Counted from the first letter of the stretch, positions 26,401-38,500 are shown. The stretch is 64,000 bases of DNA from Sphaerodactylus townsendi (GCF_021028975.2 NC_059430.1:101246001-101310000), one strand, 5' to 3'. The notes: a model not told the origin generated them from the letters alone. Numbers and translations: made by a program.

Positions 26401-29400
26401 TGCATGTGTCTAGACCACAGTGAGTCTCTGTAAACAAAACAGAGGGGTGGTTGTTATTCTAGATGAATTACTCTAGATTTAATAAAGTGTCATCAGGTAC
26501 AGGGAGAGGGTTTTTCTCTTTTAGGCAATTGTTTTGCTTTCTTTCTGTGTCCTTGTCTCCCCCAGAAAGCTCATGTGATTTCCTGCCCACATCAGATACA
26601 GAGAGAGGTTTAAATGATGCAGCTCTCATACTCACCCCTTTCTTTGCAAGAGCTTGCGTTCTTCCGCTTGCACCCGGCAGAGCGATGAGTGCGTTATTGC
26701 AGGAGCGCATGGCCACACTTTTGCATTTGTACACACCTGATGTTCTGCCTCTCCTGCTTGGGGAAACAGACCCCCAAACCCTCTGCTTTACCCTCTTCTC
26801 ATGAGCTCTCTCACTCACTGCTGGAATGCACTACCTCAGAGGTGGTGGAGTCTCCTTCTTTGGAGGTTTTTAAAGAGAGACTGGATGGTCATCTGTCAGG
26901 AGTGCTTTGATTGTGTGTTGCTGCATTGCAGGGGGTTGGACTCGATGGCCCTTGGGGTCTCTCCCAACTCTGTCATTCTATTATTCTCTTGATGGTCTCC
27001 CAGCAGGCTTGCAAATACTTCTGGCACCATTACTCTCAAATGCAAGGACCTGAAAATTCTGCAGCTGGAGATCCCAGGCATGGAAGAATGCCTCAACATT
27101 GCCAGTTCCATTGAGGTGAGCGGAACATCCTTTCCGTGTGGCTTCCCTTGAACTCTGCCCAGGGAGGATTCTGGGAAGAGAAATGCCTCTGAACATGTGC
27201 AGTGTATGTGTGTGTGTGTGCATGTGTAAAATGCCATCAAATCATAGTTGACTCATGGCTATCCCATAAGGTTTTCAAGGAAAGAGTCTAATAGAGGTAA
27301 TTTACCATTGCCTTCCTCTGCACAACAACCATGGCATTCCTTGGTGGAACCTCATCCACATACTAACCAGGTCCAACCCATAATTGTAGCCAATCTATAC
27401 ATTTGGCACTCTGGCTCAATGACAGAACAAGGAAGGGTTTTGCAAGCAGACAGTCCTTGGTTTAATCCCTGCTTGTTAAAGGATCTTAGGCAGTGGTGGG
27501 ATTCAAATAATTTAACTACCGATTGTTTACAAGCACCATTTTAACAACCGATTCTGCCAAACTGGTGCGAACTTGCTAAATCCCACCACTGATCTTAGGT
27601 ACCGGTTGTGGGGCAAGACTCCTCTCTGGTTGAAATGCAGCCAGTCAAAGGTCAGGTTGCAAACTCCAAGTAGAGAAATGCCTATAGATTTGGGGGTGGA
27701 GCTTGGGGAAGGTGCGGTTGCTCCATTCCCTTGACCTCCAGTGTCTGGTCCAGTTTGGGAGTAAAGGGTTTCCCTCTCAAGCAAAGATTTAGATCTCTTC
27801 TGGGAGTTTGCTGGAAGCAGGTGATCTAAATGGGATGGCGGCATTGCAAGCAACGCAACTGCCTGAGCCCATAGGAGTGGCTTGCCTTGCCTTGCCTTGC
27901 TTCCTGGGGGCAAGAGGAAGCCAGCGCTCCTGTTTCTTGCCTTTCTGTTTGCTGAGCATGAGCCGGGCCTAATAGGCAGACAGTGTTTGCCTAGTGATTT
28001 CCTTGTTGGGAAAGCAAACAGTAGCAGGTTGTCAGCAGCAAAATAACTGGTTTTCAGCTTGAGGCCCACTTCGCCTTTGAGTGAATCTTGCCTTGCCCTA
28101 TGAGAGCTGCAAGGAATAGGAACTTCCTTGGGGACACTTTAGTTGCATATGGAGCCAGGGTTAACACCAGATAGTAACCTCATGGGAAGCCAGTCTTTCC
28201 TGCAGAGCATCATGCCTGATGGGGAGGGATGAGGAACCATGTGGGGCATTGAAACACAGGAAGTTGAGCCAGCATGGTGTAGTGGTTAAGAGCAGGTACA
28301 CTCTAATCTGGAGAACTGGGTTTGATTCCCTGCTCTGCCACTTAAGCTGTGGAGGCTTATCTGGTGAACCAGATTAGCTTGCGCACTCCAACACATGCCA
28401 GCTGGGTGACCTTGGGCAAGTCACAGTTCTTCGGAGCTCTCTCAGCCCCACCCCCCTCACAGGGTGTTGTTGTGGGGGAGGGGGGAAGGGAAAGGAGATT
28501 GTAAGTCCCTTTGAGTCTCCTTACAGGAGAGAAAGGGGGGATGTAAATCCAAACTCTTCTTATACAGAGTCAGACATTTGGTGTATCAAGGCCACTACTG
28601 TCTACTCTGACTAGCAATGGCTGTCCAGGGTCTGAGGCAAAACTCTTTCACATCCCTCATTGGACTGAACCTGGTGCTTTCGGCATGCAGAGCAGATGCT
28701 CTACCCATGAGCCATGGCCCCACTACCCCACCCATGCCACTGCTGGAAATATAGTTCATCCACTTATCTGATTTCTGAGATTCCCACTTCCTACTTTCAA
28801 CTACATCTTAGCACCCAGAAGGGCTAGAAGCTTGATACGTTTTAATATTGAAAACGGAACTGGCTCACAGTAGGTAGCATCCTATCACCAAAACCCATAA
28901 ACTTCCCTCCAAAATGATAGCAGACACGAAAGCTTTGTTTCCCAGTTATGTGACTTAGCATCATAACAGAAAGAGAGGTAGTTCCATAAAACAACAAGGA
29001 TGGGACTGGGTGGGAGATTCACAGTGTCTTCATCTCTCAAGGTGTCCGTGGCAGTTCTTCCCTTCCAACATGGCACCTGGCTGACACACCGCTCATTTCA
29101 AGGATCGGTGCTGCTGGATCCCAGTCCAGAGGCTGGAGAGAGAGTTTGTGCTGCTTCCCACAGAGCTTCATGCCTGTTGGAACTAGTGCTTTGCTGAGGA
29201 ATCTACACTACTGCCTTCCTGCATTTTTTATTAGTGGGAGGGAAGAACTAGGGCACATCATGTGTTCCTGGAAAGCCAAGAGGCCAGCATGGGTCTGAGG
29301 ATGGCCTCAGATGTTCACAGGGCTTACACACCTTCCTTGTTTCTTCCAGGCCCTCTCCTCCGTTGAATCCGTCATGATGACATACCCCTTTTTCTACCGA

Positions 29401-32400
29401 CCCCAAAGCATGAAGCTGGAAAATGGGTGGCAACTTTACCCACTTGAAAAATACTACCAACAAATAGCCTCTGATGTGAGCAGTGTGGAATAACACTTGA
29501 TAGTGGGAAAGAGCGGGTCCAAGGCATCTCAAGATGGGGGGGGGGGGGGGGTTTGGAAGTGTGAAGCAAAGTTGTAAATCCTCCAACCCATTTTATTTCC
29601 AGCCAAAATTCCATACAACCCTTTCTTCATCAGGCTCTAGAGAAGGGATCCCCAACCCTTTTTGAGCACAGTGGGGTGAGCACCACCAAATCTGGTCACC
29701 ACAGGAAGCAGAGCCACACACACACACAGAAGAAGCCCAAGTTCAGGGAACATTTTTTTAAAAAATACACTGAGAAAGAGTGAGAGAATAAAATCACTGC
29801 CACCAAAGCAGTGTTATTTTAATCTGCAGAGTCAATCAGTCAATCAGATTTCCAGAGGCCAACCATGTTTTTTAAAATATTTGGCAGATGCCATGAAGCC
29901 CACGGACACTACAGTTGGGGAACCCTGCTCTAGAGTTTAAGAGTAGAACAAGGTTCTGCATCCCAGAAACACTTAATGCTAACCAAGGCTTTCCCTCTCA
30001 CCTTACCCCCGCCCCCCCAAATATCTCCACTTCCCCCCATGGCACAGCAGACAATCCCACCCCACTAGTCAGTCTAATGCCAGCCTCCCTCCCAGACAGG
30101 CACCTGGAGGCTCTCTTCTGTCAATGAAGATTTTACTGTCTGCCTGAGTTACCCCCCAGTGGTTATGGTTCCAGCGGCAATTGATGATAGAGTACTGAAA
30201 AAGAGCGCCTACTTCCGCCAGGGGAGACGGTTTCCTGTCCTGAGCTATTATCACAAGAAGAACGGGAAGGTGAGTCCATCACTTCATTACCACTTTTTTT
30301 TTTGCTTGTCTTCTTCTTACTGAGGACACCACAATCATACCCCCCTCTTTGTGGTAGTGCTACAAAAACCAATTTAATCCAAACCATTATGGGACAGGAA
30401 AATGCAAAAGAACGCTAATGGCAAATGCCAAGATTCTAGTCCCTGCGACTGTGGAAACACAGGACCAATGAGGCAAGATACGTAGAAGATGGGAGAATTA
30501 TGCAAACATGATTAATTTTACATAGCTGAATGCAAGACATTAGTCTTCTCTTCCATAATGACAGCCGCGTGCGTGATGCTTTGCTCCGGCAGGTGATTCT
30601 CCGCAGCAGCCAGCCTCTCACTGGACCCAACCGGAAACGCTGCCATGAGGACGAGCTGCTCTTGGGTGCCGTGCTGAAGCAAGGGGACCGCGGCTTCATC
30701 CTGGACACCCGCCCAGCACAGACAGCTAAGCAGGCCCATATGATGGGTGGAGGCACAGAGCACAGGGCTGCCTACCCTCACTGGAAGAGGTTGCACCGGG
30801 CCCTGGAGAGGTAAGCATACGAAATCCAACTGGGATGCAGGAGAAGCCCAGGAGCCGGTCGTTGCTGCCACTTCTGCAGAGGCTGATTGGGATGGGCCCA
30901 GCCAGCAGCAACAATGGCAGATGATCCTATATAAGCCTTGGTTCTCATTACCAGTGGCTAAGCTGAGAGGTCCCAGCAGCACCAGAGTGCTGCCACTACT
31001 TCCCTCAGGCAGTGCCCCACGTGGAATTTTCCCAGTAAGTTAAAGAGCCAATCCAACCCTGTGAGCACATGTCTGCTTTCCCCTAGATGGGGCCCTTTGG
31101 GAATATAGTCATATTAAGTAAGGGATCTCACAATTAACTGCAGCAAAACTGCTGTGAAGTCTGCTCCTGATGCTCCTTCGGGAAGGGAAAGGAAAGCAGC
31201 TCCTTGGGGAGAGGGAGGGGTTGCTGTGGTGACACATGGTGGCAGCTCCCTTCCCGCAGTGCCTTTTTATCCAGCAGTTGAATAGTTAACACATAAAGTT
31301 GACTTATATTGAACCAGACTGTTGGTCCATCACCGTCAGCATTGCCCACTCAAACTGGCAGCAGCTCTCCAGTGTCTGAGGTGGAGGTCTTTCGGATTAC
31401 CTAGTTGCTGATCTTGTTACCTGGAGGGTCCCAGGGATTGAACCTGGACCATCTGCAGGCCAAACAGTCTGCCTCTGAGCCTTAAGCCCCTCCTGAAATG
31501 AGCTCACCGCTCAATTCGAAGCATGCAAATCACAGACAGCTCAACAGCAACTGGGCCTTTGACTTCACACCTACCTGTGCATGGAAGAAACTCAATGTAC
31601 ATTTTCCCAAGATAACACTTGGGCACCTCTGTCCAGAAACAAGGCAACTAACCCTCTCTGACTGTTGTCTTGTGTCCCGGTCTTTTCCTCCTTTGCAGGG
31701 GACGTCCCTTGCAGGAAAGCTTCACTAGGCTGGCGGAGGCATGCCTTGACACTTCCAACAGCATGGACCGCTGGCTGACTAAGCTGGAAGCATCTAAGTG
31801 GTTGTCTCACGTCAAGATGGCGCTGAACACCGCCTGTGTCGCAGCACAGTGCCTGGAGAGGTATGGAGGGAGATCCCCTGCTTTTCTCATTCCCCCTGGG
31901 AGCACCAAATGGATCAAGACTGGATTCAGAACTGCTTCAAGGAATGGAGGGGAGGGAGGCCCACAGGCAAAGGCTCAGGAAAATGTGTGCCCTCCCATTC
32001 TGACGGGACAAAGCCCTTAAGCAGTGGGGTGAACCCAAATATAGGGTGGAGCCACGTTATTAGGAATCAATGTCTGGACAGACTGGGAAGACCACCTGGA
32101 CTCACTGAGAAACCTTGGGATAGTCATTCTCTCTCAATTAAACTTAAGGTTATTCGGAGGAAAAAATGGCATTACTCCATCCCTGGACTTGAGCCAGGGT
32201 CCTTTAGAAGGAGGGTGGGAATAGGAATGCCAGGAATGAACACTGCGGTTTTCTTCCAGAGAAGACGCTTGCATTCTGGTGCACGGATCTGACGGAACGG
32301 ACACCACACTCCTGGTGACAGCTCTTGCCCAGGTTATCCTAGATCCAGACTGTAGAACTCTGGCTGGCTTCCAGGCGCTGGTGGAACGGGAATGGATCCA

Positions 32401-34631
32401 GGTAACTTTAAAAAAAACCTTTTAAATGTGAAGCAGTGGGGACGTATCTGAGGGCTACCCTTTCCTGGGTGTATCTGCACAGCCATGAGGACTAGCAACA
32501 CTCTTAAAAAAGAAAATGAAGCTTGGGATGGCCTGAAATAGGTGCAGATAACATATCCCAAGGTTGCATGTATCTTTTTACCAGTCTGACCCCTTCTGTC
32601 AGGAACGGCCAGCTCTGAAATGTACCTCTATCTTTGTTTTCACAGGCTGGCTACCCCTTCTCCCTCCGCTGCACCCACTCGGCCTATTCCCATGCCCGCC
32701 TCAAGCAGGAGGCTCCCGTGTTCCTCCTCTTCCTGGACTGCGTTTGGCAACTCGGGCGCCAGTTCCCATTCTCCCTGGAGTTCAACGAGCGCCTCCTGCT
32801 GACCCTCTTTGAACACAGTTACGCCTCGCCCTATGGCACATTCCTGTGCAACAGTGAGCAAGAAAGGTGAGGTGGGAGCAGACAGACCACGTCAAATATG
32901 ATGCTTCAGGGAAGCCCCTGGAACTGGGCGGGGCTGCTTTTGATTGATGTCCCCTTGGTATTATCATGGCAGACCACTGGTTTTAGGAAGCATGGGCTTA
33001 TGCAGCCCAGTCTGTAGCAACCTTGCTGCCTTCGAGATATATTCCCAGTCCAGTTCAAGGGGCTGTTTGAATAAAAGCTGTGCAATTTGGGGCCCAGATT
33101 CTCAGCATTCTCTGGTGTGGCTCCTCAGATTTGGACCACACCCCTTTTTGCCATCAAATCATGATGACTTTCGGCAATGCCGTTAAGGTTTTCAAGGCAA
33201 GACATTCTGAGGTGATTTGCCATTGCCTGCCCCTTGCATTGTGACTGGCCTCCCATCCAAATACTAACCCGGGCTGGTCCAGGTTAGTTTCTGACATCTG
33301 ATGAGACTGGGCTAGCCAAGGCAGGACACTTTTCCGACCACTCAAAATATATCTGTGAATTGCTGAATGTGAGATGCCCAGCAAAAACATTATTTTACCA
33401 AAAAATTTAATTGGCTCCCCCTGCAGGAAGCTTTGTGAAGTGAAGAAGAAGACTCATTCTCTCTGGCCCTCGCTGAACTGCAAAGGAGACAAATATAGGA
33501 ATCCACTGTATGCACGCAACTCCCTGGTCATCTGGCCATCCGTGGAGCCCCAGAGTGTGTTGCTCTGGCAAGGTACGATATCTCGTTACTCTTTGCGACC
33601 CATTCCTAAATATGAACCCATGGGCCCTTTATGTAGGCATTCTTTGCTCAAAACCTGCTTTCCCCAACTTCCAGAATATTTCAGAACTTCAGTTGGAAAT
33701 CCTTTTGTGTTTGGAGTGTCCAGCCATCAGGCCCAACAGGTTTTCAAACCCTTTCCTGTGATCATCAGGATTAAACTTGAATCACTGCTTCTGTAAGGGA
33801 TTTCTAATGTTAAGTTTTGCACATGCCGATATAAGAGACATACAGATCCATATTTTTAAAAAGCATTTCAGGTCATGAAGCTTTAGAGATGCTTCTTTTT
33901 AAGCTCCTGCAACTCCTGGGTATGTCAAACTACTTAAAATATTTGTCACCCACCTTTCTCACACAGAGTGGGATTTTGGAGTGTGTCATTTTTGGAACAC
34001 TTTTTGCCTTTCTAGAAAAATGTGTACCACTAAGTTCCTTACTACCTTGAAATGACATCTCTAGCAATTCTATTTCCAGCTTCACATTCACCCGGTTGTT
34101 CCCCTCCGGGATTTATGGGTGCAGTCCTTGAAGACCACTATCATCCTCACTGAGGAATTAAGAAAAACTAACTGCTCCCTTTCCTTCCTTTTTTTGGAAG
34201 TGAAAGAGAGCTGGTTTTTATATCATCCTTTTTATGTACCTTTAAGCATTCTTAAAGCATCTTACAATTGCCTTTTCTTACCCTCCCCACCCCCCACAAC
34301 AGGCATCTTGCGAGGTAGGTGGGGCTGAGAGAACTGTGAGTAGCCCAAGGTCACCCAACAGGCTTCATGTGGAGGAGTGTGGAAATAATTGGAAAGACTC
34401 CAGATTAGAGTCTGCTGCTCTTAACCACTATGCCACGCTGACTCTCAGGGCTGGGGAAATGTCCTTCTAACCATAGTGTTTTCTACAGGCTTATTCCTCC
34501 GCTGGGTCCGTCCATCCCACTTTCTAGATGAAGCATGGGCAGAAGTGCAGAAAATAGCCGGAAACAGCCAAGTCCACACAGAACAATCAAGTGGGACACC
34601 ACAAGAGCAGATTTCAGCACAGACTGATTGA
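23416..34631 (+). CDS. MTMR9L: Myotubularin-related protein 9-like (predicted catalytically dead; 545 aa core model), positional ortholog of human MTMR9LP
   Basis: Exons 23416-23612, 27007-27115, 29350-29475, 30096-30269, 30593-30810, 31699-31860, 32260-32401, 32646-32866, 33427-33572, 34489-34631. All GT-AG and phase-consistent, 1638 nt with no internal stop. MTMR9-family motifs MEFAELIKT, IPGMEECLNIASSIE, RFPVLSYYHKKNG, RSSQPLTG, EAPVFLLFLDCVWQL. Confidence 0.92.
23670..23778. mobile_element. Penelope-like element fragment
   Basis: GAGTCCACTGGCACCTTAGAGACTAACAAG...GGGTATAAGCTTTTGAGAGTCAAAACTCCC, a common reptile PLE-derived terminus as I recall it. Confidence 0.55.
23825..24037. repeat. 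Unclassified palindromic element, inverted homolog of 12485-12703
   Basis: Ends ACTAT/ATAGT, arms CCAAAAGATGACA / TGTCATCTTTTGG, centre CTAGTGCCTTGGGAACAGAACTAAGTAGGCACTAG. Confidence 0.7.
24057..24485 (-). mobile_element. CR1 LINE 3' fragment
   Basis: ORF 24216..24398 reads FTQRVIKMWNSLPEDVVMA; 3' UTR similar to 53940-54132. Confidence 0.85.
25168..25227 (+). CDS. Candidate 60-nt frame-preserving extra exon of MTMR9-like
   Basis: Strong pyrimidine tract plus CAG acceptor, upstream CTAAC, donor CAG|GTTTGC. Phase 2-2 matches the host intron. Open frame SVQNLSWYQSPWTNGSVQEN. Confidence 0.55.
25517..25718 (-). mobile_element. 5S-headed SINE
   Basis: GGTCTCCCATCCAAGTGCTCATC is the reverse complement of the 5S box C region. 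Further - strand copies at ~27234-27378, 33150-33325 and 50716-50875. Confidence 0.7.
26805..26987 (+). mobile_element. Short CR1 3' end
   Basis: TGGAATGCACTACCTCAGAGGTGGTGGAGTCTCCTTCTTTGGAGGTTTTTAAAGAGAGACTGGAT...GGGTTGGACTCGATGGCCC...ATTCTA tail. Confidence 0.85.
27491..27591. mobile_element. hAT MITE (101 bp) nested in a tRNA-headed SINE
   Basis: TIRs CAGTGGTGGGATT / AATCCCACCACTG with perfect TSD ATCTTAGG. Confidence 0.9.
28266..28561 (+). mobile_element. Full-length young Squam3-like SINE
   Basis: A box TGGTGTAGTGG, B-box-like GGTTTGATTCCC, tail TAAATCCAAACTCTTCTT. Highly similar reverse copies at 39193-39489 and 61017-61304. Confidence 0.85.
29643..29927. mobile_element. hAT Charlie-like non-autonomous element
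   Basis: AAGGGATCCCCAAC...GTTGGGGAACCCTG with perfect TSD CTCTAGAG (Charlie-type NTCTAGAN). Older relatives at ~16221-16442 and ~21237-21505. Confidence 0.85.
34200..34445 (-). mobile_element. Squam3-like SINE in the last MTMR9-like intron
   Basis: CCAGATTAGAGTCTGCTGCTCTTAACCACTATGCCACGCTG is the reverse complement of the head. Confidence 0.75.
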
Positions 34632-35177
34632 GGAACCCAGAACCTGGGCATCAGAAGATCCTCCACTGATTGCAGAATCAAGAGACTTTGACTTGGTACA
34701 TTTATCCGAGTCGCTGAACTGTTACAGCCAAACTTGCCAGTCGTAAAAAGCACAACATCTAGTTGTGTAGTTTAATTGACCTGGTTTCTAAATTGAGAAA
34801 GCCAAGCTCTGTTGCATAGAATAACTTTGACAAGCCAGTTTGGGCTTTCCCGATATTTACCTCTGAAAAAAACAACTACCCTAAACTATAGGAATTTTTG
34901 CCTCCGTACAGCCATAACTGATTTGCACACTGGCAACTGACCAATTGCAAGTCAGACCAGTGGTCTACCTAACCCAATACTGTTTACTCTGAAAACAACT
35001 CTCCAGCTTCAGGCAGGGAGGGGTCCTCTCAGTTGGAGATTCTGGGATTTACCTTAGAAATTCAGGCATTCAAAAGCAAGCATTCTGCCCTGATCGATGG
35101 ACTCTTCCCTAAGGATCATTTTGTCAGGAATTAAGATAAAGTAACCTATACCCAGGGCAAGATGTATTCAGAGCTTC

Positions 35178-35191
35178 AATAAACTAATAAA
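35178..35191 (+). terminator. Tandem polyadenylation signals of MTMR9-like
   Basis: AATAAA at 35178-35183 and 35186-35191. Confidence 0.6.
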
Positions 35192-35320
35192 AATTCTGGA
35201 ACAGGCAGCCCAACTCTGAATTTTGAGAACCTGCAGAAATAAGAGTTTTATAAAACTTTCCTTGAACAGAGTACAAGAAACAGGCTCAGGTGCACTCTAA
35301 TTTGGGTTGGAGAAAGAGTG

Positions 35321-35326
35321 TTTATT
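35321..35326 (-). terminator. Candidate polyadenylation signal of EIF3I
   Basis: AATAAA on the - strand, ~240 nt after the stop codon. Confidence 0.6.
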
Positions 35327-35568
35327 TTACTTCCTTTTGTAGTACTTCTATAAATATGCCAAAAGGGTAAGAAATCCACAGTCCCCATGAGGAAGCAGAG
35401 AGGTGGACCAGGCGACAAGCTGCAGTCGCCACCAGTGCGCACTCTGCCTCGTCTCAGGTGGCTCCACCGTGCTTCCCTTGGGAACAAGCCCAACCTCAGG
35501 CCCTGGTGAGATTAAAGAGCCCGGAAGGGCAGCTGTAGAAAGGGGGAGAGGAGTAGGAGGGAGCCTCT

Positions 35569-38500
35569 TCAGGCTTCGAACTCAAACTCAAAGTATTGGG
35601 GATCAAAATAGTGGATACGGACATAGCCGTCTTCACCGCCGCTGCTGTAGCTGAAAGAAAAACGAGGAGAGGTGAATCTGTTGCCTCAAAGGGATGTGGT
35701 TATCCAGCCCCCCATTGGAAGACAATGCCTGCTTTTTGGCTGCTGTGACACTTACCTCTTTCCATCAGGATGGAAAGCAACACTATTAATGGGCCCAAAG
35801 TGACCTTTGACTCTTCCAAACTCTTCCTCGACGGCCAAATGGAAGAACCTAGAGTGGCGGAAGAGATTTGTGAGGACAATGCAAGAGAAACAGCTCGGGG
35901 GGTCAAGGGGCAGTGGGGTCTTCTCTGTCCCTGATGCCCCATTATGGGACCAGCTTTCTGGCCAAGTCATTCCTAAGCAGCTGCCTGGGGCAGCAACAGG
36001 AGGAGGCCCCGACGCTCCCAAAGGCCCCTACTCACTCCCAGCTCCTCAGCAGGAGAGGAAGTGGTCGTATCCTCCTCCCAGGCACTTGCTGCTGCCCATC
36101 AGCTGTACAGGTTCGATATGGCCTGGCTGGTAGTGAGACAGGTCCAGGATGGGATCAGTGAACCTTGCTTGGGGGCCTGCTGGAACCATAGTTGGATTTT
36201 TTGGGGGGGGAGGGAATCAATCAATCACCACCCCCCTCTTGCAAGACAAATTTGCTGACCTGGCCTCAAACTTGCCGATCCTAGTGGAAGTAGTTGTCAC
36301 ATCCATGGCTTCCTGGCCACCACCTAACACCACCTGCCAAAGGGCAAACAAGGGGGAGGGAAACACATCTGAACAAAACCCTCCTTGGCAATAGGCTGTC
36401 GTTCAGCCACCGCAGCTGAGAACTGTGACCTGCCCAGGGAGGGAAACAGGATAGATTCAGAGCCTCTGAGGCCCATTCCATCCTATGCAGTTGTCCAGAG
36501 AAAGATGGGCAGGCCAGGAGACCAAGCAATCAACTGATGTCAGAAGGGCATAACCATGCTGCTTGGAAACAGGGATTGCAGCCTATCCATGTTTTCAGTT
36601 CTCAGCCTTGACACTTCAGCATAGAACTATATTTTTGTCTTCCAAGCCCAGATGAAGACAGTTGGGAGGTCACAAAGGAAGGCAAGGCATACATAAATAA
36701 TCCATGCTGAGATGGCAGCAGAGAAAATCTCCCATCTTAGGCCCAGGAAAAGATCCTTCAAAAGCTACCAGGAGACGGCACAACACTAGCACAAGGGTAT
36801 ATGCCCAGGGGAGGGACACTTGCAGGTCTGCTCCGAAACGTACATGATCGAAGATGGGTGAGAGCGCAGCTGAGTTTACCGGCCGCTCGGTCCGGAATGT
36901 CTTCAGGTGCTCAAGCGTCGTGCAGTCAAACAGCTGTAAAGGAAGAAATAGTTCACCAGTTGCCCTAGCAGCGGCCTCTGCGGACACTATCCCAGTTAGG
37001 TTCATGGGCAAGGTCCCAACTGCTTGACCTGCAGACGCTGCAGCCCCTCTGCCACCACTTCAGGGTAAGAAAGATGCTTCCTCACTGTGCAGCAGTTACA
37101 AATCCCATCCTAGGACGGGCTGGTCTGTGTTTCCTATCTTCTGCCATGACACTGCACAAACCCAGGTGGTTCCTTGCGAACTGGACAATGGCTGAGCTTG
37201 GCTCCTAACAGGAGCGAGGGGTTCAAGAATAGTTGCCGAAGGTTGACTCATAATGTATCAAACACGTTTATCGAATACCCCACCGCATTTATTCATGTGG
37301 CTGAAGGTGGCCTTTTTTGGAACCGGACTGGGACAAAATTTCAAGTCGCATAAAATATTTGCATCCCTGCGCCCAACTCTTTCCCTTCAACAGGAGGAAA
37401 AACCGACTGCACCGGGGTGTTATCCTGCCACGACACGCGCCCGGAGCCTTTCAGGGTGTGCATGAAAGCCACACTTCTCACAATGCCTGCACACATCCCT
37501 CTCCCCCAGCAGATGCAGGAATGCCAGGCTAAGCCACAACCCCCATGTGGGAAGACGTTGGTGCATCACAGATCAAGGTTTTGTTTTCTTTCATGTCCCA
37601 CTGTGCACCAAAACTATAAACACGGGGAGATTTTTCGTGTCAAGTGGCAGATGCTCCTGGGCTCTGCCCACAGCATCCAAGGGCACCTTATGCTCCCACA
37701 TGCAGTGGTGGCGAACCTTTGGCACTCCAGATGTTATGGGGCCATGCTGGCAGGGGCTGATGGGAATTGTAGTCCATAACATCTGGAGTGCCAAAGGCTC
37801 ACCACCACGGAGTTAGAGATTGAGGCAGGGAAGATGACATTTCCATTGGGCACGCGATGGCGTGGGACGCACCTTGGCTGTGTTGTCCTTGGAAGCTGTG
37901 ATGAACATAGTCATGTCTCGGGAGGTCTGGATGTCATTGATCTGTTTTGTGTGCTCCTTGATATTCACGAGGACCTCCCCAGACTAAGGAGGAAGAAAAG
38001 GAAGTCAATAGACGCCAAAAGAGGGGAAATCAATTCCCTCAATTGCTATGGATAATTACAGCACTTTTTGATCATGTGTAATGTACTCCACATACACTCT
38101 TTTGTATGCCTTACGACAGCACTTCAAGGAAGGCCAGTGTTCACAGTCTCATGTGGCAGAGAGAAACAAGCAGTTTCCCCATTCTCACTCAGAACATCCA
38201 CATGACAACCACTTTGAAGATTCTCAGTGTCTATCCTCCGCTCCAGAGGATACATCAAAAGCTCTCCAGGCAGCCAGGTGGGCTAATGATCAGTGGTGAA
38301 TGCGTACATGCACAGCCTCCCCAAACCACCCACAACACTCTCTGAGCAGACCTGGGTAAATCTCTGCCCTCCCTCCTATCCTACCTCACAGATGAATTAC
38401 CAGCTGGCAACGGTTTGCTTTGTGGGGGGATCTGTCTCAGGACAATGCTCTCTGCACTCACTAACCTTTCCACTGAACTGGTTCAGTTCTCCATTTTCAT

